A DNA stretch of 47,123 bases from a bacterium (GTDB lineage: Bacteria; RBG-13-66-14), in NCBI GenBank assembly GCA_035528375.1, contig DATKYS010000030.1, forward strand, positions 1 to 47,123, in the 5' to 3' direction. A model generated the notes under the pieces. The model saw nothing but the letters and a program-made list of their open reading frames with translations. It was not told the origin of the DNA and did not search any database. Below, in pieces: positions 26,539-36,482 of the stretch; the first letter of the stretch is position 1; each line of letters starts with the position of its first letter. Made by a program: the position numbers and the translations under genes.

Positions 26539-27059
26539 ATAAGGGGGCCGGTCTGGGGGGGCAGACCGACCCCTTCTCTGGGCGGGAGGCTTTGGCTCGC
26601 CTCCCCCCGTGGGACCGGTTGGGGGAGGAATGGCCGGTCCCCGTTTTTTCGAAGGTCGGGGAGGGGATTTCCGACCTCCACGGCGGATATTCCCGTCCGC
26701 CTCAGGGGATACGCGGGTTAATTCCGATGGGTTCCGAATAAATTTTGGGTTTGACCAGCCGCCGCGAAGTCGTATTTGCGTGCGCATTATTACGCTGTGT
26801 CGGGCGGTGATTTGTCGTTCCAACGTTCGCCGCGCGCGGCACCGGGGCGGACGGCTGGAGGAGAATCAGTTGATTGGGGTTATAGCGACCCACCCCCCGA
26901 GTAAGACAAAGGGGGATTTTTATCCCCCTCAAACGCAAGACGAGGGGCTTCAGCCCCTTGCTCGCATCATGAGGGGTTACCACCCCCTTTTTCGTACCGC
27001 CGGCTTCAAGTCGCGAACGGCGGCGCTCCCGTGATAAATGGAAAGATACCACCGGACCT

Positions 27060-27956
27060 TCACCGCCCCCGGACCCGTCCCTCGATGAACCGAATGACGG
27101 CCCCGGCCACGTCCGCGCCGGTGATCTCCTCCGCTCCCCGGAAGCCCGGCACCGAGTTGACCTCCAGGACCTTCGGTCCGTCGTCCGTGGGCAGGAGGTC
27201 CACCCCGGCGAAGTCCAGCCCCAACGCCTCCGCGGCGGCCAGCGCCAGCTCCCGTTCCTCGTCCGTGGGCTCATGCGGGACGCCGCTCCCGCCCCGGTGC
27301 AGGTTCGAGCGGAAATCGTCCGCGGGCGCCCGCCGCTCGTAGCACGCGATCACGCTCCCGCCCAGGACCAGGACGCGCAGGTCGCTCCCCCCGGCCTCGG
27401 GGTGGTGGCGCTCCAGGAAGACGTTCTGCTCCAGGACCGCTGAGAGTTGCCACTGGCCGCGCAGCGCCTTCATAGACTCCACCAGTGCCGTCCCCACCCC
27501 CCGCGTCCCCCGCACCCATTTGAGCACCAGGGGGAAGCCGCCCACCGCCTCGGCCGCGCGCTTCAGTTGAGATTCGTCGGTGACCAGCGCCGCGTCCACC
27601 GTCGGAACGCCCGCCGCCCGCAGGAGCTGGTGCGTGTGGAACTTGTCCGAGCAGCGGAGCACGGCCCGGGTGGAGTTGAGGGTGGGCACGCCCATCGCCT
27701 CGAGGTGCCGCCAGAGCGCCAGGTCCCAGCCGAAATCCAGCCTTCGGTACCCGGAGCGGAAAACGGCGAAGTCCGGCGGGTCCAGCGCCTCGCCGTCCGA
27801 TAGCAGCCGGAGACCGTCCCCGGTGACCAGGGCGGTCAGGCGCGTCGTGTCGAGCTCCCGCAGCTCGTGCCCGCGCGCCCGGGCGGTCTCGGCTAGGCGC
27901 CGGGACGAGTGGAGCTCGAAGTTTCGCGACAGGCTCCAGATGAGCATGGGGGTCAA
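27060..27956 (-). CDS. RimK-family ATP-grasp ligase (alpha-L-glutamate ligase-like)
   Basis: ATP-grasp blocks VLRCSDKFHTHQLL, GFPLVLKWVRGTRGVG, RSNLHRGGS and LGLDFAGVDLL. Confidence 0.8.
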   Translation of the reverse strand: MTPMLIWSLSRNFELHSSRRLAETARARGHELRELDTTRLTALVTGDGLRLLSDGEALDPPDFAVFRSGYRRLDFGWDLALWRHLEAMGVPTLNSTRAVLRCSDKFHTHQLLRAAGVPTVDAALVTDESQLKRAAEAVGGFPLVLKWVRGTRGVGTALVESMKALRGQWQLSAVLEQNVFLERHHPEAGGSDLRVLVLGGSVIACYERRAPADDFRSNLHRGGSGVPHEPTDEERELALAAAEALGLDFAGVDLLPTDDGPKVLEVNSVPGFRGAEEITGADVAGAVIRFIEGRVRGR

Positions 27957-28202
27957 TCCCGGTGGATCAGGGGTAGGGAGGACGACATTTAACGCTTAGT
28001 TTAAAGAGTCGAGAACCTTATCCATTGACGAACGGAGTCTGCGTTAACCCCATCGGGTTAGAAGAGTGAGCGCGGGCGGACCGTATATTGGCCTGCCAAC
28101 GGTATGCGGTGACGTAACCCGTATTATCAGTGCCGGGACCGACGACGTATCGGGTTCGTTCCGAGGATGTCCGCCACTGGAGACGCGGGTATTGAGCCGC
28201 TT

Positions 28203-30617
28203 CTACGGTGTTTTGCTCCACCTAAAGGCCCCGGTGGCCGAGACCAGGGCGTACGCGACGAGCCCGGCCATCAGCCCGACCGAGTAGCCCAGGCTGACCG
28301 CGATGATCGTTGCCAGCACCGAAGCCATGACGCTCATGACGCTGTTGATTCCCCAGACGTAGGGGATCATGCCGCTGCTGCCCGCTTCGTCCAGACGCGA
28401 AATACCCAGGGGGAAGGCCATCCCCATGACGAACCCCAGGGGCGCCAGCAGGAGAGCCGCGATGATGAGGCGCCAGACGAGGAAGGCCGGCATGGCCAGG
28501 TTCAAGACCCAGGGCACCACGAAAGCCTGGACGAGGATCAGGCCCCCGATCGCGGCGAAGATCGTCATGTTCAAACCGCGCAGCGGGAAGCGTTTCTTGA
28601 GGCGGTTCGTCGTCGCGCTGCCCAGTCCCGCGAACAGGAGCAGGGAGAAGATAACGATGGAGGTCGCATACGCCGGGTGCCCAAGGAAGAGCACGTAGCG
28701 CTGGATGAGTGAGAGCTCGACCAGCATGAAACCCAGACCGATGCCCGCGAAATACAGCCACTTCTGCGGGCGGGCCAGCACGTTTTTTAAGCCGTACCCG
28801 TCTTTTTTTCTCAGGGCCAGCGGCAGGACGATGAAGAGAAGGGAGGCGGCGACGAGTGCATAGAACAGGTACCGCAGTACCGTGGTCGCGTCGGCCGCGA
28901 CCGCTGTGTCACCGGAAGCCTCCGGGTTCTCCAGCACCGAGCTGTGGAATAGAAAGAAGAATGGCCAGTCGTCTACGGGGGGACGGATATCTATAGGGAG
29001 GGAAGCCGTATAGGAGTCCCTCTCCCTGGAGAAAAGCGTGTTGATGCCTGCGTCCGATCCGCCCTGCCCGGGAATCCAAACGGTGTCGAACTGCAGACGC
29101 TCGACGGCATCCCGCAACCTGCTCAGCTCTTCCTCGGTGAAGGGGATCTTAGACATCAGCACCGTGGCGATGCGGTCCCCTCCGATGACAACGATATGGC
29201 GGGCTGGTTCTCGAATTCCCCGCCTTTCGAGGGTCTCGATGCAGAGGTTGACCAGGCGCAGTGTCTCGTCGCTGCGACCTCCCCCCTTGTACCAGCGTGA
29301 GATGGTCAGGATGCCGTCCCGCCTCAGGTGATCAAGGTAGAGCTGAAAGGCTTCCACCGTGTAGAGGTTGTTCTCGGACAGGGCGAAGGCCCCCGCCATG
29401 GAGGCGGCCCAGGAGTCTATTAGCGAGATCATGATAAGGTCGTATTTGGCGTCATCGCGCGCTATGTAACTGCGCGCCTCGTCCACGACCGCCCTGACCC
29501 CGGGCATCTCGTAGGGGCGGCCCGAAAAATCGCCGTACACGTTCTCGACCACCTCTATCATGTCTGGGTTGATCTCTACGGCGGTGACCCGTTTCGCCCC
29601 GAAGTACTTGGCCGCCAGAACGTCCCGACCCCCGCCCGACCCGATGACTAAAACGTCGTCGAAGTCCCTGTACTGGTACGCGACGTTGGTGACGTCGTAG
29701 CCGAGGAAATCGAGCTTTTCGAGGTTGCCGTCGAAGTTGGTGATCGGTGTGCCGGCGCAGTCGTCCTGGTCTATCCAGTACTGCTCGATGCCGCTTCCCG
29801 AAAATGTGGGGCTCATCCCCCAACCGAAGGGCGTGTCCGGTTTCTGGAAGAAGATGTTATCGTAGACGGTCAGGCTGGCGAGGGCGTTCCATGACGTGTA
29901 GACGGGCTTTTCGTCGGCGTGGGCGACCTTCGTGTAGCGCACCGCGTAGGGGTTGGAGGAGAGGAAGAGTGACAATGCCAGGGCTACGATTATGAGACCC
30001 GTTGCCGCGGCCGGGATGGTGAACCTCCACTTCGCCTTTCGAACGGCGGGCGTCGCATTTTCATTCTGCATGCCCCGGTTCAAGAGAAAGGCGGCCGCGA
30101 CGGGAAGCACCCCGGCCCAGGCCAGGAGGTTGGGTGCCGGGATGATGTTCAGGAGCGGGATGACGACCAGGCACCCCAGGCTCGCCCCGGAGAGGTCCGC
30201 CCAGTACAGGGTGCCGATGCGCTCCGAGTACGAGGAAAACACGCCCGCAATGACGACCCCGGCGAAAAAGAAGGGCAGGAAAAAGAGGACGAGTGTCAGC
30301 GCCAAGTTGAAGAGTCCAGAGGAATCAAACACGAACTTCAGATTCAGGTTCAGGTAAATTAATGGGCTGACTGCGGCAAAAAGACCACAGAGGACCGCGG
30401 CCAGTGGGATGATGCTTTTCGCGTGGCGGCGGAACCAGCCGCCGAAAACTAAGATGAGGGCCGACGCGGCTCCGTAACCCAGAAGGGCCAGTGAGATGAC
30501 GAAGAAGGCGAAGTAGTACCAGACCGTCACCGAAAAGACCCGCATCAGCGACAGCTCGTAGATGAGGGTCGTGACGGATACCAGGGCGATTGCCACGAGG
30601 AGGCTGTAACGTTTCAT
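28203..30617 (-). CDS. Polytopic membrane protein with a central spermidine-synthase-like (PABS) aminopropyltransferase domain
   Basis: About 8 N-terminal and 6 C-terminal TM segments. Core VLVIGSGGGRDV...VTAVEINPDMIEV...YDLIMISLIDSWA matches spermidine synthase SAM/decarboxy-SAM binding. Confidence 0.8.
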   Translation of the reverse strand: MKRYSLLVAIALVSVTTLIYELSLMRVFSVTVWYYFAFFVISLALLGYGAASALILVFGGWFRRHAKSIIPLAAVLCGLFAAVSPLIYLNLNLKFVFDSSGLFNLALTLVLFFLPFFFAGVVIAGVFSSYSERIGTLYWADLSGASLGCLVVIPLLNIIPAPNLLAWAGVLPVAAAFLLNRGMQNENATPAVRKAKWRFTIPAAATGLIIVALALSLFLSSNPYAVRYTKVAHADEKPVYTSWNALASLTVYDNIFFQKPDTPFGWGMSPTFSGSGIEQYWIDQDDCAGTPITNFDGNLEKLDFLGYDVTNVAYQYRDFDDVLVIGSGGGRDVLAAKYFGAKRVTAVEINPDMIEVVENVYGDFSGRPYEMPGVRAVVDEARSYIARDDAKYDLIMISLIDSWAASMAGAFALSENNLYTVEAFQLYLDHLRRDGILTISRWYKGGGRSDETLRLVNLCIETLERRGIREPARHIVVIGGDRIATVLMSKIPFTEEELSRLRDAVERLQFDTVWIPGQGGSDAGINTLFSRERDSYTASLPIDIRPPVDDWPFFFLFHSSVLENPEASGDTAVAADATTVLRYLFYALVAASLLFIVLPLALRKKDGYGLKNVLARPQKWLYFAGIGLGFMLVELSLIQRYVLFLGHPAYATSIVIFSLLLFAGLGSATTNRLKKRFPLRGLNMTIFAAIGGLILVQAFVVPWVLNLAMPAFLVWRLIIAALLLAPLGFVMGMAFPLGISRLDEAGSSGMIPYVWGINSVMSVMASVLATIIAVSLGYSVGLMAGLVAYALVSATGAFRWSKTP

Positions 30618-30651
30618 CGGATCACTTCGCTTTCGTTACAGATTGAGAGGC

Positions 30652-31149
30652 TCATCGGATGGCGTTCTCCAGCAACTGGCGCAGGTCCGCCCGCGCCTCT
30701 TTTTCGAAGGACCTTTCCAGGACGCCGAAGGCCGTTTCCAGGCGCGCCGTACCCCGGAGCGTGTAGCAGAGGTTCTCCACGTTACCGGCGAGGATGATGT
30801 TGAGGAGTGCGCGGTGGTCCAGCGCGAAGGGAAGTAAAACCCGCACGGTGTCCGCCGGGGGTATGGCGTACGTCGAATCCAGGCTCCCGGAGCCCACCGC
30901 GACGCCGTTTATCTCGAGTTCGTAGTCGGCCCCGACCAGGTTCCCGCCGAAGGCGTTCGGGTTGGTTACCTCGGCGGCGAAGACGAGGGTGGATTTCTCG
31001 TCACCGAACACCCAACTTTTGAGACCCGCAATCGCGACGGTGGGCTGGATGACCTTCGGGCCGCACGAAAGGAGGGGCGCGGCCGCGCAGAGGGTCGCGA
31101 TTAATACTGCGCTGAACTTCCGCGAAGGCGGCGGTTTCGGCGGACCCAT
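30652..31149 (-). CDS. Lipoprotein with LEA_2/WHy-like (Lea14-like) fold
   Basis: Lipobox PLLSCG. GADYELEINGVAVGSG..TVRVLLPFALD resembles the LEA14/NDR1 beta-sandwich. Good SD ggagg. Stop is 34 nt before the start of 28203..30617, so the two are likely co-transcribed. Confidence 0.5.
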   Translation of the reverse strand: MGPPKPPPSRKFSAVLIATLCAAAPLLSCGPKVIQPTVAIAGLKSWVFGDEKSTLVFAAEVTNPNAFGGNLVGADYELEINGVAVGSGSLDSTYAIPPADTVRVLLPFALDHRALLNIILAGNVENLCYTLRGTARLETAFGVLERSFEKEARADLRQLLENAIR

Positions 31150-31216
31150 CGCGGCGGCCTCCGGCTCGGGGTTCGAGTATCATACCAGCGGGCGGTTCCG
31201 CAAAGCAAGGATGCGC

Positions 31217-31245
31217 TTGACCGTCCGCCCCGCTCGCTGTAATAT
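31217..31245 (+). promoter_or_regulatory. Sigma70-like promoter giving a near-leaderless tsaC mRNA
   Basis: TTGACC (31217-31222), 17-nt spacer, TAATAT (31240-31245). ATG at 31253 is 8 nt after the -10, so the predicted TSS falls at or just before the start codon. Confidence 0.55.
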
Positions 31246-31252
31246 TGCAAGG

Positions 31253-31975
31253 ATGTCTTGGCTTCTTAGAGATTTCAGGGGTGACCCGCTCCCCATCGTC
31301 CTGGAAGCCCTGCGGCGTCCGGGGGCTGTGGCCGTGCTGTTGACCGACACGGTCTACGGCCTCGTGGCGCGGGCCTCCGACGCCGAGGCGGTGGAGCGTG
31401 TCTACCGCCTGAAGAAGCGCGACCCCGACAAGCCGCTCCCCTACCTCTTCGGCGCGTCCTACTGGGTGGAGCGATACTGCCGGGTGGCCGATCCGCGCGC
31501 CCGGGCCTACGTGAAAATCGCCTGGCCGGGGCCGCTCGCCGCCAACGCCTGGGAGGACGACTACACCCCCGGCGTGGAAACGCGCTGGCTGCCGCTGGCC
31601 AATCACTTCTGGCCCGGTCCCCTGACCCTCGTTCTGCCCGCGGGGGAAACGTTGCCCAGGGCCGGTCTTGGGGGAGGAGAAACCGTGGCCTGCCGTGTGC
31701 CGGGAAACGATTTACTCCTCCGCGTCTTCACCGTCATCAACGAGCCGCTGGTCGCGCCGAGCGCCAACCTCACCGGCGAGATGACTCTCGCCACGGCCGA
31801 CGAGGTCATCGAGGTGTTCGAGAAGGACGTGGACCTGATAGTGGACTCGGGGACGGTGAAGAACCCCCTGGCCTCGACCGTTCTGGACCTGACGGGGCCC
31901 AAGCCGCGGATTCTGCGCGAGGGGCGCGTTCCCATCGCGAAAATTTCCGCCGTCATCGGCCCCGTGGATAGATAA
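31253..31975 (+). CDS. tsaC: L-threonylcarbamoyladenylate synthase (YrdC/TsaC family)
   Basis: VLLTDTVYGLVARA, KKRDPDKPL and APSANLTGEMT are YrdC motifs. The upstream 97 codons of track ORF 30962 are rejected. Confidence 0.8.
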   Translation: MSWLLRDFRGDPLPIVLEALRRPGAVAVLLTDTVYGLVARASDAEAVERVYRLKKRDPDKPLPYLFGASYWVERYCRVADPRARAYVKIAWPGPLAANAWEDDYTPGVETRWLPLANHFWPGPLTLVLPAGETLPRAGLGGGETVACRVPGNDLLLRVFTVINEPLVAPSANLTGEMTLATADEVIEVFEKDVDLIVDSGTVKNPLASTVLDLTGPKPRILREGRVPIAKISAVIGPVDR

Positions 31976-31988
31976 TCCGGGAGGAAGA

Positions 31989-32426
31989 GTGAAGGTAGCC
32001 CTCGGCTGCGACCACGGCGGAATCGCCGTCAAGAACGCCGTCCGCGACTGGTGCCGCGCGAGGGGCTACGAGGTCAGCGACTTCGGCACGGACACCGAGG
32101 AGTCGGTGGACTACCCCGATTACGCGAGGCTCGTCGGCGGGGCGGTGGCCGCTGGAGATGCGGACCGAGGCGTGCTGGTCTGCACCAACGGAATAGGCAT
32201 GTGCATGGCGGCGAACAAGGTGCACGGCGTCCGGGCGGCCCTGGTGCGCATCCCGGAAAATGCTATTCGCTCGCGCGCCCACAACGACGCCAACGTCCTG
32301 TGCCTGGCGGGGCAGATAGACGCGCCGCCGGATTTGCCCGCGCTTTTGGCCGCCTGGTTCGACACGCCCTTCGAGGGCGGCCGCCACGCGCGCCGGGTGG
32401 CCAAAATCATGGCCCTGGAAAAGTAG
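31989..32426 (+). CDS. rpiB: Ribose-5-phosphate isomerase B (RpiB/LacA/LacB family)
   Basis: MKVALGCDHGGIAVKN..VLVCTNGIGMCMAANKV..RSRAHNDANVLCLAG. GTG start with SD gggagg. Confidence 0.85.
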   Translation: MKVALGCDHGGIAVKNAVRDWCRARGYEVSDFGTDTEESVDYPDYARLVGGAVAAGDADRGVLVCTNGIGMCMAANKVHGVRAALVRIPENAIRSRAHNDANVLCLAGQIDAPPDLPALLAAWFDTPFEGGRHARRVAKIMALEK

Positions 32427-32430
32427 CGGT

Positions 32431-32575
32431 CCCCCTCTCCCCGTGGGAGAGGGGATGGGGGTGAGGGCTACCTTATATCCCCTCCCCCCATTGGGGGGGA
32501 AGCGCGCTTACCGGTTAGGGTGAGGGGTGCAGCGTCCCCTCCCCCCTTTGGGGGGAGGGCAGGGAGGGGGGTTCA
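32431..32575. repeat. Three reversed ctctccc-family units
   Basis: gtccccctctccccgtgggagaggggatgggggtgaggg is the reverse complement of the unit at 3363-3416. Two more units follow. They overlap the annotated 5' end of cutA. Confidence 0.65.
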
Positions 32576-32901
32576 TAATCACCGACACCAACCTCCGCTT
32601 CATCTACATCACCTGCGCCGACGCGGCCCAGGCGGAAAAAATCGCCCGCGCCCTCGTCGAAGAACGCCTCGCCGCCTGTGCCAACATACTCCCCGGCGTC
32701 CGCTCCATCTACCGCTGGAAGGGGAACATCGAGGAGGCGGAGGAGGTCGCGCTAATCGCCAAGACGCGGGCGGGGCTGGTGGATGCGCTCACCGAACGGG
32801 TCAAGGCCCTGCACTCCTACGAGGTCCCCTGCATCGTCGCCCTGCCCATCACGGGGGGGAATCGGGAGTTCCTGGCGTGGATTGAAGAGGAAACAGGTTA
32901 A
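32527..32901 (+). CDS. cutA: Divalent-cation tolerance protein CutA
   Basis: ITCADAAQAEKIARALVEERLAACANI...SIYRWKGNIEE...VALIAKT. The N-terminal about 16 codons of the track ORF are read out of the repeat element, so the true start is uncertain (possibly near 32548-32575). Confidence 0.7.
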   Translation: MQRPLPPLGGGQGGGFIITDTNLRFIYITCADAAQAEKIARALVEERLAACANILPGVRSIYRWKGNIEEAEEVALIAKTRAGLVDALTERVKALHSYEVPCIVALPITGGNREFLAWIEEETG

Positions 32902-33059
32902 TGACATCTTCCGCCCCATCTGTAAAACCGATTTCGATACCTAGGGCCCGTTTGTAAAAATCTACGAGCATTTCTTTTCAGGTCTTGACTGGGCTGGGGT
33001 AGAAGTAGCATAGTTGTAGTTGTTTTATAGCTAAGAACTTTTTAACTTAAGGGGGTAAA

Positions 33060-35093
33060 GTGGATATTTCATATGAAGATCATAAGGGGTCCATTGTAAA
33101 CGAGGTTCTAAGAATTGTTGATGCGGATGACTTTGATGTAGAGGATGAATTTACAGCATTTAACTATCTTGTTGCTGAACTTTTTTCGAATGCTAGTCTA
33201 GATGATCAAATTATGGTAACTGATAAATCTAATGATCATGGTATAGATTTTTACTCTGTTATTGATGGTTCATACGAAATATTTCAGTGTAAATTTGCAG
33301 ATTCGGAAAAAATTGTTTCATCTCCATCACCACTGCATTTTAACAAAGAAGGAGTAGAAGATATTGAAAGGGCGTATAAATATATTTTGAGGATATCAGA
33401 TATAAAGAACGTTTCTCCCAAGGTTAAGCATTTGAGAGCTCAATTAACAGAAAACTACAACGACATTACGTTTAATCTATGTATTTTTGGCGATCTCACT
33501 AAAAGTGCTCTTGATATGTTTAACTCTATTAAAAAAGAGTATGAAGATGATCGCATTAAATTTAATCTATATACTTGGAAAGAAGTTATTTATGAGATAG
33601 TTAAGAGAGTATATATTAGTGATAAAGATATTAATTACACATTCAATATTTTTGATACACAAGTACTTAAGAAGCATAATTATTGTTATTTTCTAGCATA
33701 TGTAAAGGAATTTTATGATCTCTTTGAGCGTTATGGTTGGGCATTATTTGATCTGAATGTTAGATACGAACAAAAAAATTCTCCAGTAAACAAGGAAATT
33801 ATTAATTCACTAACACACAATAAAAGTATGAAAATATTTCACCACCTTAACAATGGAATATTAATACTTTGTGATAACTATACTAAATCAAATGATGATA
33901 GTAAGGTTACTATAAATGGATTACATATAATAAACGGCTGTCAGACAGTTAGATCAATTGGCAGGGCTTATGATAAAATTGTGGGTGATGATAGCAAACG
34001 TAGCACATTTGTTGAAAGTTGCTTTGTACAGGTTAAAGTAATTAGAAAAGATAGCAGCATTTCTGACATGTTGGATGATATTATAATATCTACAAACTAT
34101 CAAAATGAAATGTCAACAAGAAATTTAAAATCTAATACAAATGAGCAACTTCAAATTAAATCGATGTTTGATTCTTTAAAGCATAAGTGGTTTTATCAAA
34201 GAAAAGATGGCGAATTCGATAGCCTAAGAAATGATCCAAGAATTGGTAGCAGAAGTTTCAAGGTTTCAAATTATTTAAGCCGGAAAGGAAATGCTTATCG
34301 TATGGTTGATAATAATGATTTAGCTAAAGCTTGGGCATCTCACATAGGATTATCACACATGATAAGCATGAATAAAAAAATATTTGACGATAGAATATAT
34401 ACGAATATCTTCAAGGCAAAGCCAACAGAAAAATTATGGCTTACTATTCAAGATCCGCAAGGAATTGTAGAGCTTGATGATGATGAGTTGTTTGATTATA
34501 GTGGATTGCCAAAAGCTGAGGAATATCTGCTTTCTTATTTAGTGTTACAATTTATAAATAAATATACACCTTCTTCGTCTAAAAACAGAGAAAATGCCCT
34601 GGCGCGTGCAAGTAAAAAAACTATTTCAAAAGAGGAAAGGGATGCATATTTAGTTACAGATGATGAATATATGGTAACAAACATGATATTGAATAGTAAA
34701 GAGATTTTTGCGCAAATGTATTCAGCTATACTTGGCCAGAAGTATGGACGAACGTTTAGCACATATCGTAAATTGTGCTCATATAAAACAAATAAGCAAT
34801 TGTTTGAAAATCCGGATTTTAAAAAATACGTACAGACCTTAGAACCTAATTTAGAAAATATATTGTGGATGATCTATGAGTTTGTCAAATATGTGTATAA
34901 ACAAATTTACATTGAAGTGAAGGCCGATTACTTAGGTGCTCCGAGAAGGAAGGCATATTTGGGGAGCAAAAAATTTATTCTAAGAATTAAGGGGAAGATT
35001 GACGATCTTAATAATGAAAATAATTTTAAGGAATTGCTCCGTGGTTGGAAGAAAAATGATTCTTCGTTCATTGATAGTCTTCCAACCATATAG
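33060..35093 (+). CDS. AIPR-family abortive-infection protein with N-terminal Mrr-like (PD-QxK) nuclease domain; low GC (about 33%)
   Basis: [21 protein letters not shown] resembles the Mrr_cat motif (D..GIDG...IQCK). Central [13 protein letters not shown] is the AIPR hallmark NGxQT motif. GC is about 30 points below the background. Confidence 0.75.
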   Translation: MDISYEDHKGSIVNEVLRIVDADDFDVEDEFTAFNYLVAELFSNASLDDQIMVTDKSNDHGIDFYSVIDGSYEIFQCKFADSEKIVSSPSPLHFNKEGVEDIERAYKYILRISDIKNVSPKVKHLRAQLTENYNDITFNLCIFGDLTKSALDMFNSIKKEYEDDRIKFNLYTWKEVIYEIVKRVYISDKDINYTFNIFDTQVLKKHNYCYFLAYVKEFYDLFERYGWALFDLNVRYEQKNSPVNKEIINSLTHNKSMKIFHHLNNGILILCDNYTKSNDDSKVTINGLHIINGCQTVRSIGRAYDKIVGDDSKRSTFVESCFVQVKVIRKDSSISDMLDDIIISTNYQNEMSTRNLKSNTNEQLQIKSMFDSLKHKWFYQRKDGEFDSLRNDPRIGSRSFKVSNYLSRKGNAYRMVDNNDLAKAWASHIGLSHMISMNKKIFDDRIYTNIFKAKPTEKLWLTIQDPQGIVELDDDELFDYSGLPKAEEYLLSYLVLQFINKYTPSSSKNRENALARASKKTISKEERDAYLVTDDEYMVTNMILNSKEIFAQMYSAILGQKYGRTFSTYRKLCSYKTNKQLFENPDFKKYVQTLEPNLENILWMIYEFVKYVYKQIYIEVKADYLGAPRRKAYLGSKKFILRIKGKIDDLNNENNFKELLRGWKKNDSSFIDSLPTI

Positions 35094-35122
35094 TTACATA
35101 CTGTAAAAGTAGGGGTTTAAGT

Positions 35123-36370
35123 ATGACATCGCTCCGTTCCTTCGACCCTGAGATTGCCGATGCCATAGCCGGCGAGATTAAGCGCCAGGCGGAAGGCATC
35201 GAGCTCATCGCAAGTGAAAACTTCGTCAGCATCCCCGTCCTCGAAGCGATGGGCTCCGTGATGACCAACAAGTACGCCGAGGGCTACCCCGGCAAGCGGT
35301 ACTACGGCGGCTGCGAGTTCGTGGACGAGGCGGAGCGCCTGGCGCGCGACCGGGCCAAGGAGCTTTTCGGGTCCGAGCGCGCCAACGTCCAGCCGCATTC
35401 GGGCACCCAGGCCAACATGGCGGTCTTCTTCGCCTGCTGCGACCCCGGCGACACGGTGATGGGCCAGTCGCTCACCCACGGCGGGCACCTGTCGCACGGC
35501 CACCCGGTGAACTTCTCCGGCCGCTTCTATCACGTGGTCCAGTACGAGGTACACCCGGAAACCCACCGGCTGGACTACGACATGATCCGCGACGTGGCGA
35601 AGCAGTGCAAGCCGAAGATGATAATGTCGGGCGCCAGCGCCTACCCGCGGTTCATCGACTTCGCGGCCTTCCGCTCGATTGCCGACGAGGTGGGGGCGAA
35701 GCTGGTGGCGGACATCGCGCACATCGCGGGGATGGTGGCGACCAAGCTGCACCCGGACTCGATTCCCTACGCGCACTACACGACGACGACGACGCATAAG
35801 ACGCTTCGCGGCCCGCGCGGGGGGCTCATCCTCACCGACAAGGACAACTACAGCGCGCTGCAGAAGAACGTCTTCCCGGGCATCCAGGGCGGCCCGCTGA
35901 TGCACGTCATCGCGGCCAAGGCCGTGGCGCTCAAAGAGGCGCTCCAGCCCGAGTTCAAGGTCTACCAGCAGCGGATATTGGACAACGCCAAGGCCCTCGC
36001 AAATTACCTGATGGAGGAGGGTTTCACGCTGGTCACCGGCGGGACAGACAACCACCTGATGCTCCTGGACATGCGCTCGAAGGGGCTGACGGGGAAGGAC
36101 TTCGAGGAGGCGCTGGAGCGGGCGGGCATCACCGTCAACAAGAACACCATCCCCTTCGACCCGGAGAGCCCCTTCGTGACCTCGGGGGTGCGGGTGGGGA
36201 CGCCGGCGGTGACGACGCGGGGCTTCGGCGACGCGGAGATGAAGCGCATCGCGGGGTGGTTCGGTCGCGTGGCCGCCGACCACACGAACGAGGATTTGGC
36301 TGCCAAAATCAAGGGCGAGGTCCGGGAGCTGTGCAAGGGTTTCCCGCTCTACGCCGAGCTGAAGGTCTAG
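35123..36370 (+). CDS. glyA: Serine hydroxymethyltransferase
   Basis: Canonical blocks [23 protein letters not shown] and [14 protein letters not shown] (PLP-Lys). Confidence 0.95.
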   Translation: MTSLRSFDPEIADAIAGEIKRQAEGIELIASENFVSIPVLEAMGSVMTNKYAEGYPGKRYYGGCEFVDEAERLARDRAKELFGSERANVQPHSGTQANMAVFFACCDPGDTVMGQSLTHGGHLSHGHPVNFSGRFYHVVQYEVHPETHRLDYDMIRDVAKQCKPKMIMSGASAYPRFIDFAAFRSIADEVGAKLVADIAHIAGMVATKLHPDSIPYAHYTTTTTHKTLRGPRGGLILTDKDNYSALQKNVFPGIQGGPLMHVIAAKAVALKEALQPEFKVYQQRILDNAKALANYLMEEGFTLVTGGTDNHLMLLDMRSKGLTGKDFEEALERAGITVNKNTIPFDPESPFVTSGVRVGTPAVTTRGFGDAEMKRIAGWFGRVAADHTNEDLAAKIKGEVRELCKGFPLYAELKV

Positions 36371-36384
36371 CCGTTTTGTGGCAT

Positions 36385-36412
36385 AAAAAAAGGCCGCCTT
36401 CGGGCGGCTTTT
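36385..36412. terminator. Bidirectional terminator (first of two)
   Basis: aaaaaaaggccgccttcgggcggcttttcc. Confidence 0.75.
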
Positions 36413-36451
36413 CCGTTTCTGCGCGGAGGGGGGACGGCTTCCCGGTTTACA

Positions 36452-36482
36452 AAAAAGGGCCGCCCGCGAGCGGCTTTTTTAA
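36452..36482. terminator. Bidirectional terminator (second of two)
   Basis: aaaaaagggccgcccgcgagcggcttttttaa. Confidence 0.7.

Noticed and set aside
28130-28165. tRNA-like T-arm (gggttcgttcc)
   Set aside because: The T-loop deviates from GTTCRANYC. No acceptor stem or CCA context and no D- or anticodon arms could be built around it.
32926-33059. Sigma70 promoter for the AIPR gene (TTGACT at 32985-32990)
   Set aside because: No convincing -10 lies at 16-19 nt spacing. The region is AT-rich, so hexamer matches are expected by chance. Left unannotated.
35117-36283. 388-aa minus-strand ORF antisense to glyA
   Set aside because: glyA is unambiguous on the plus strand.
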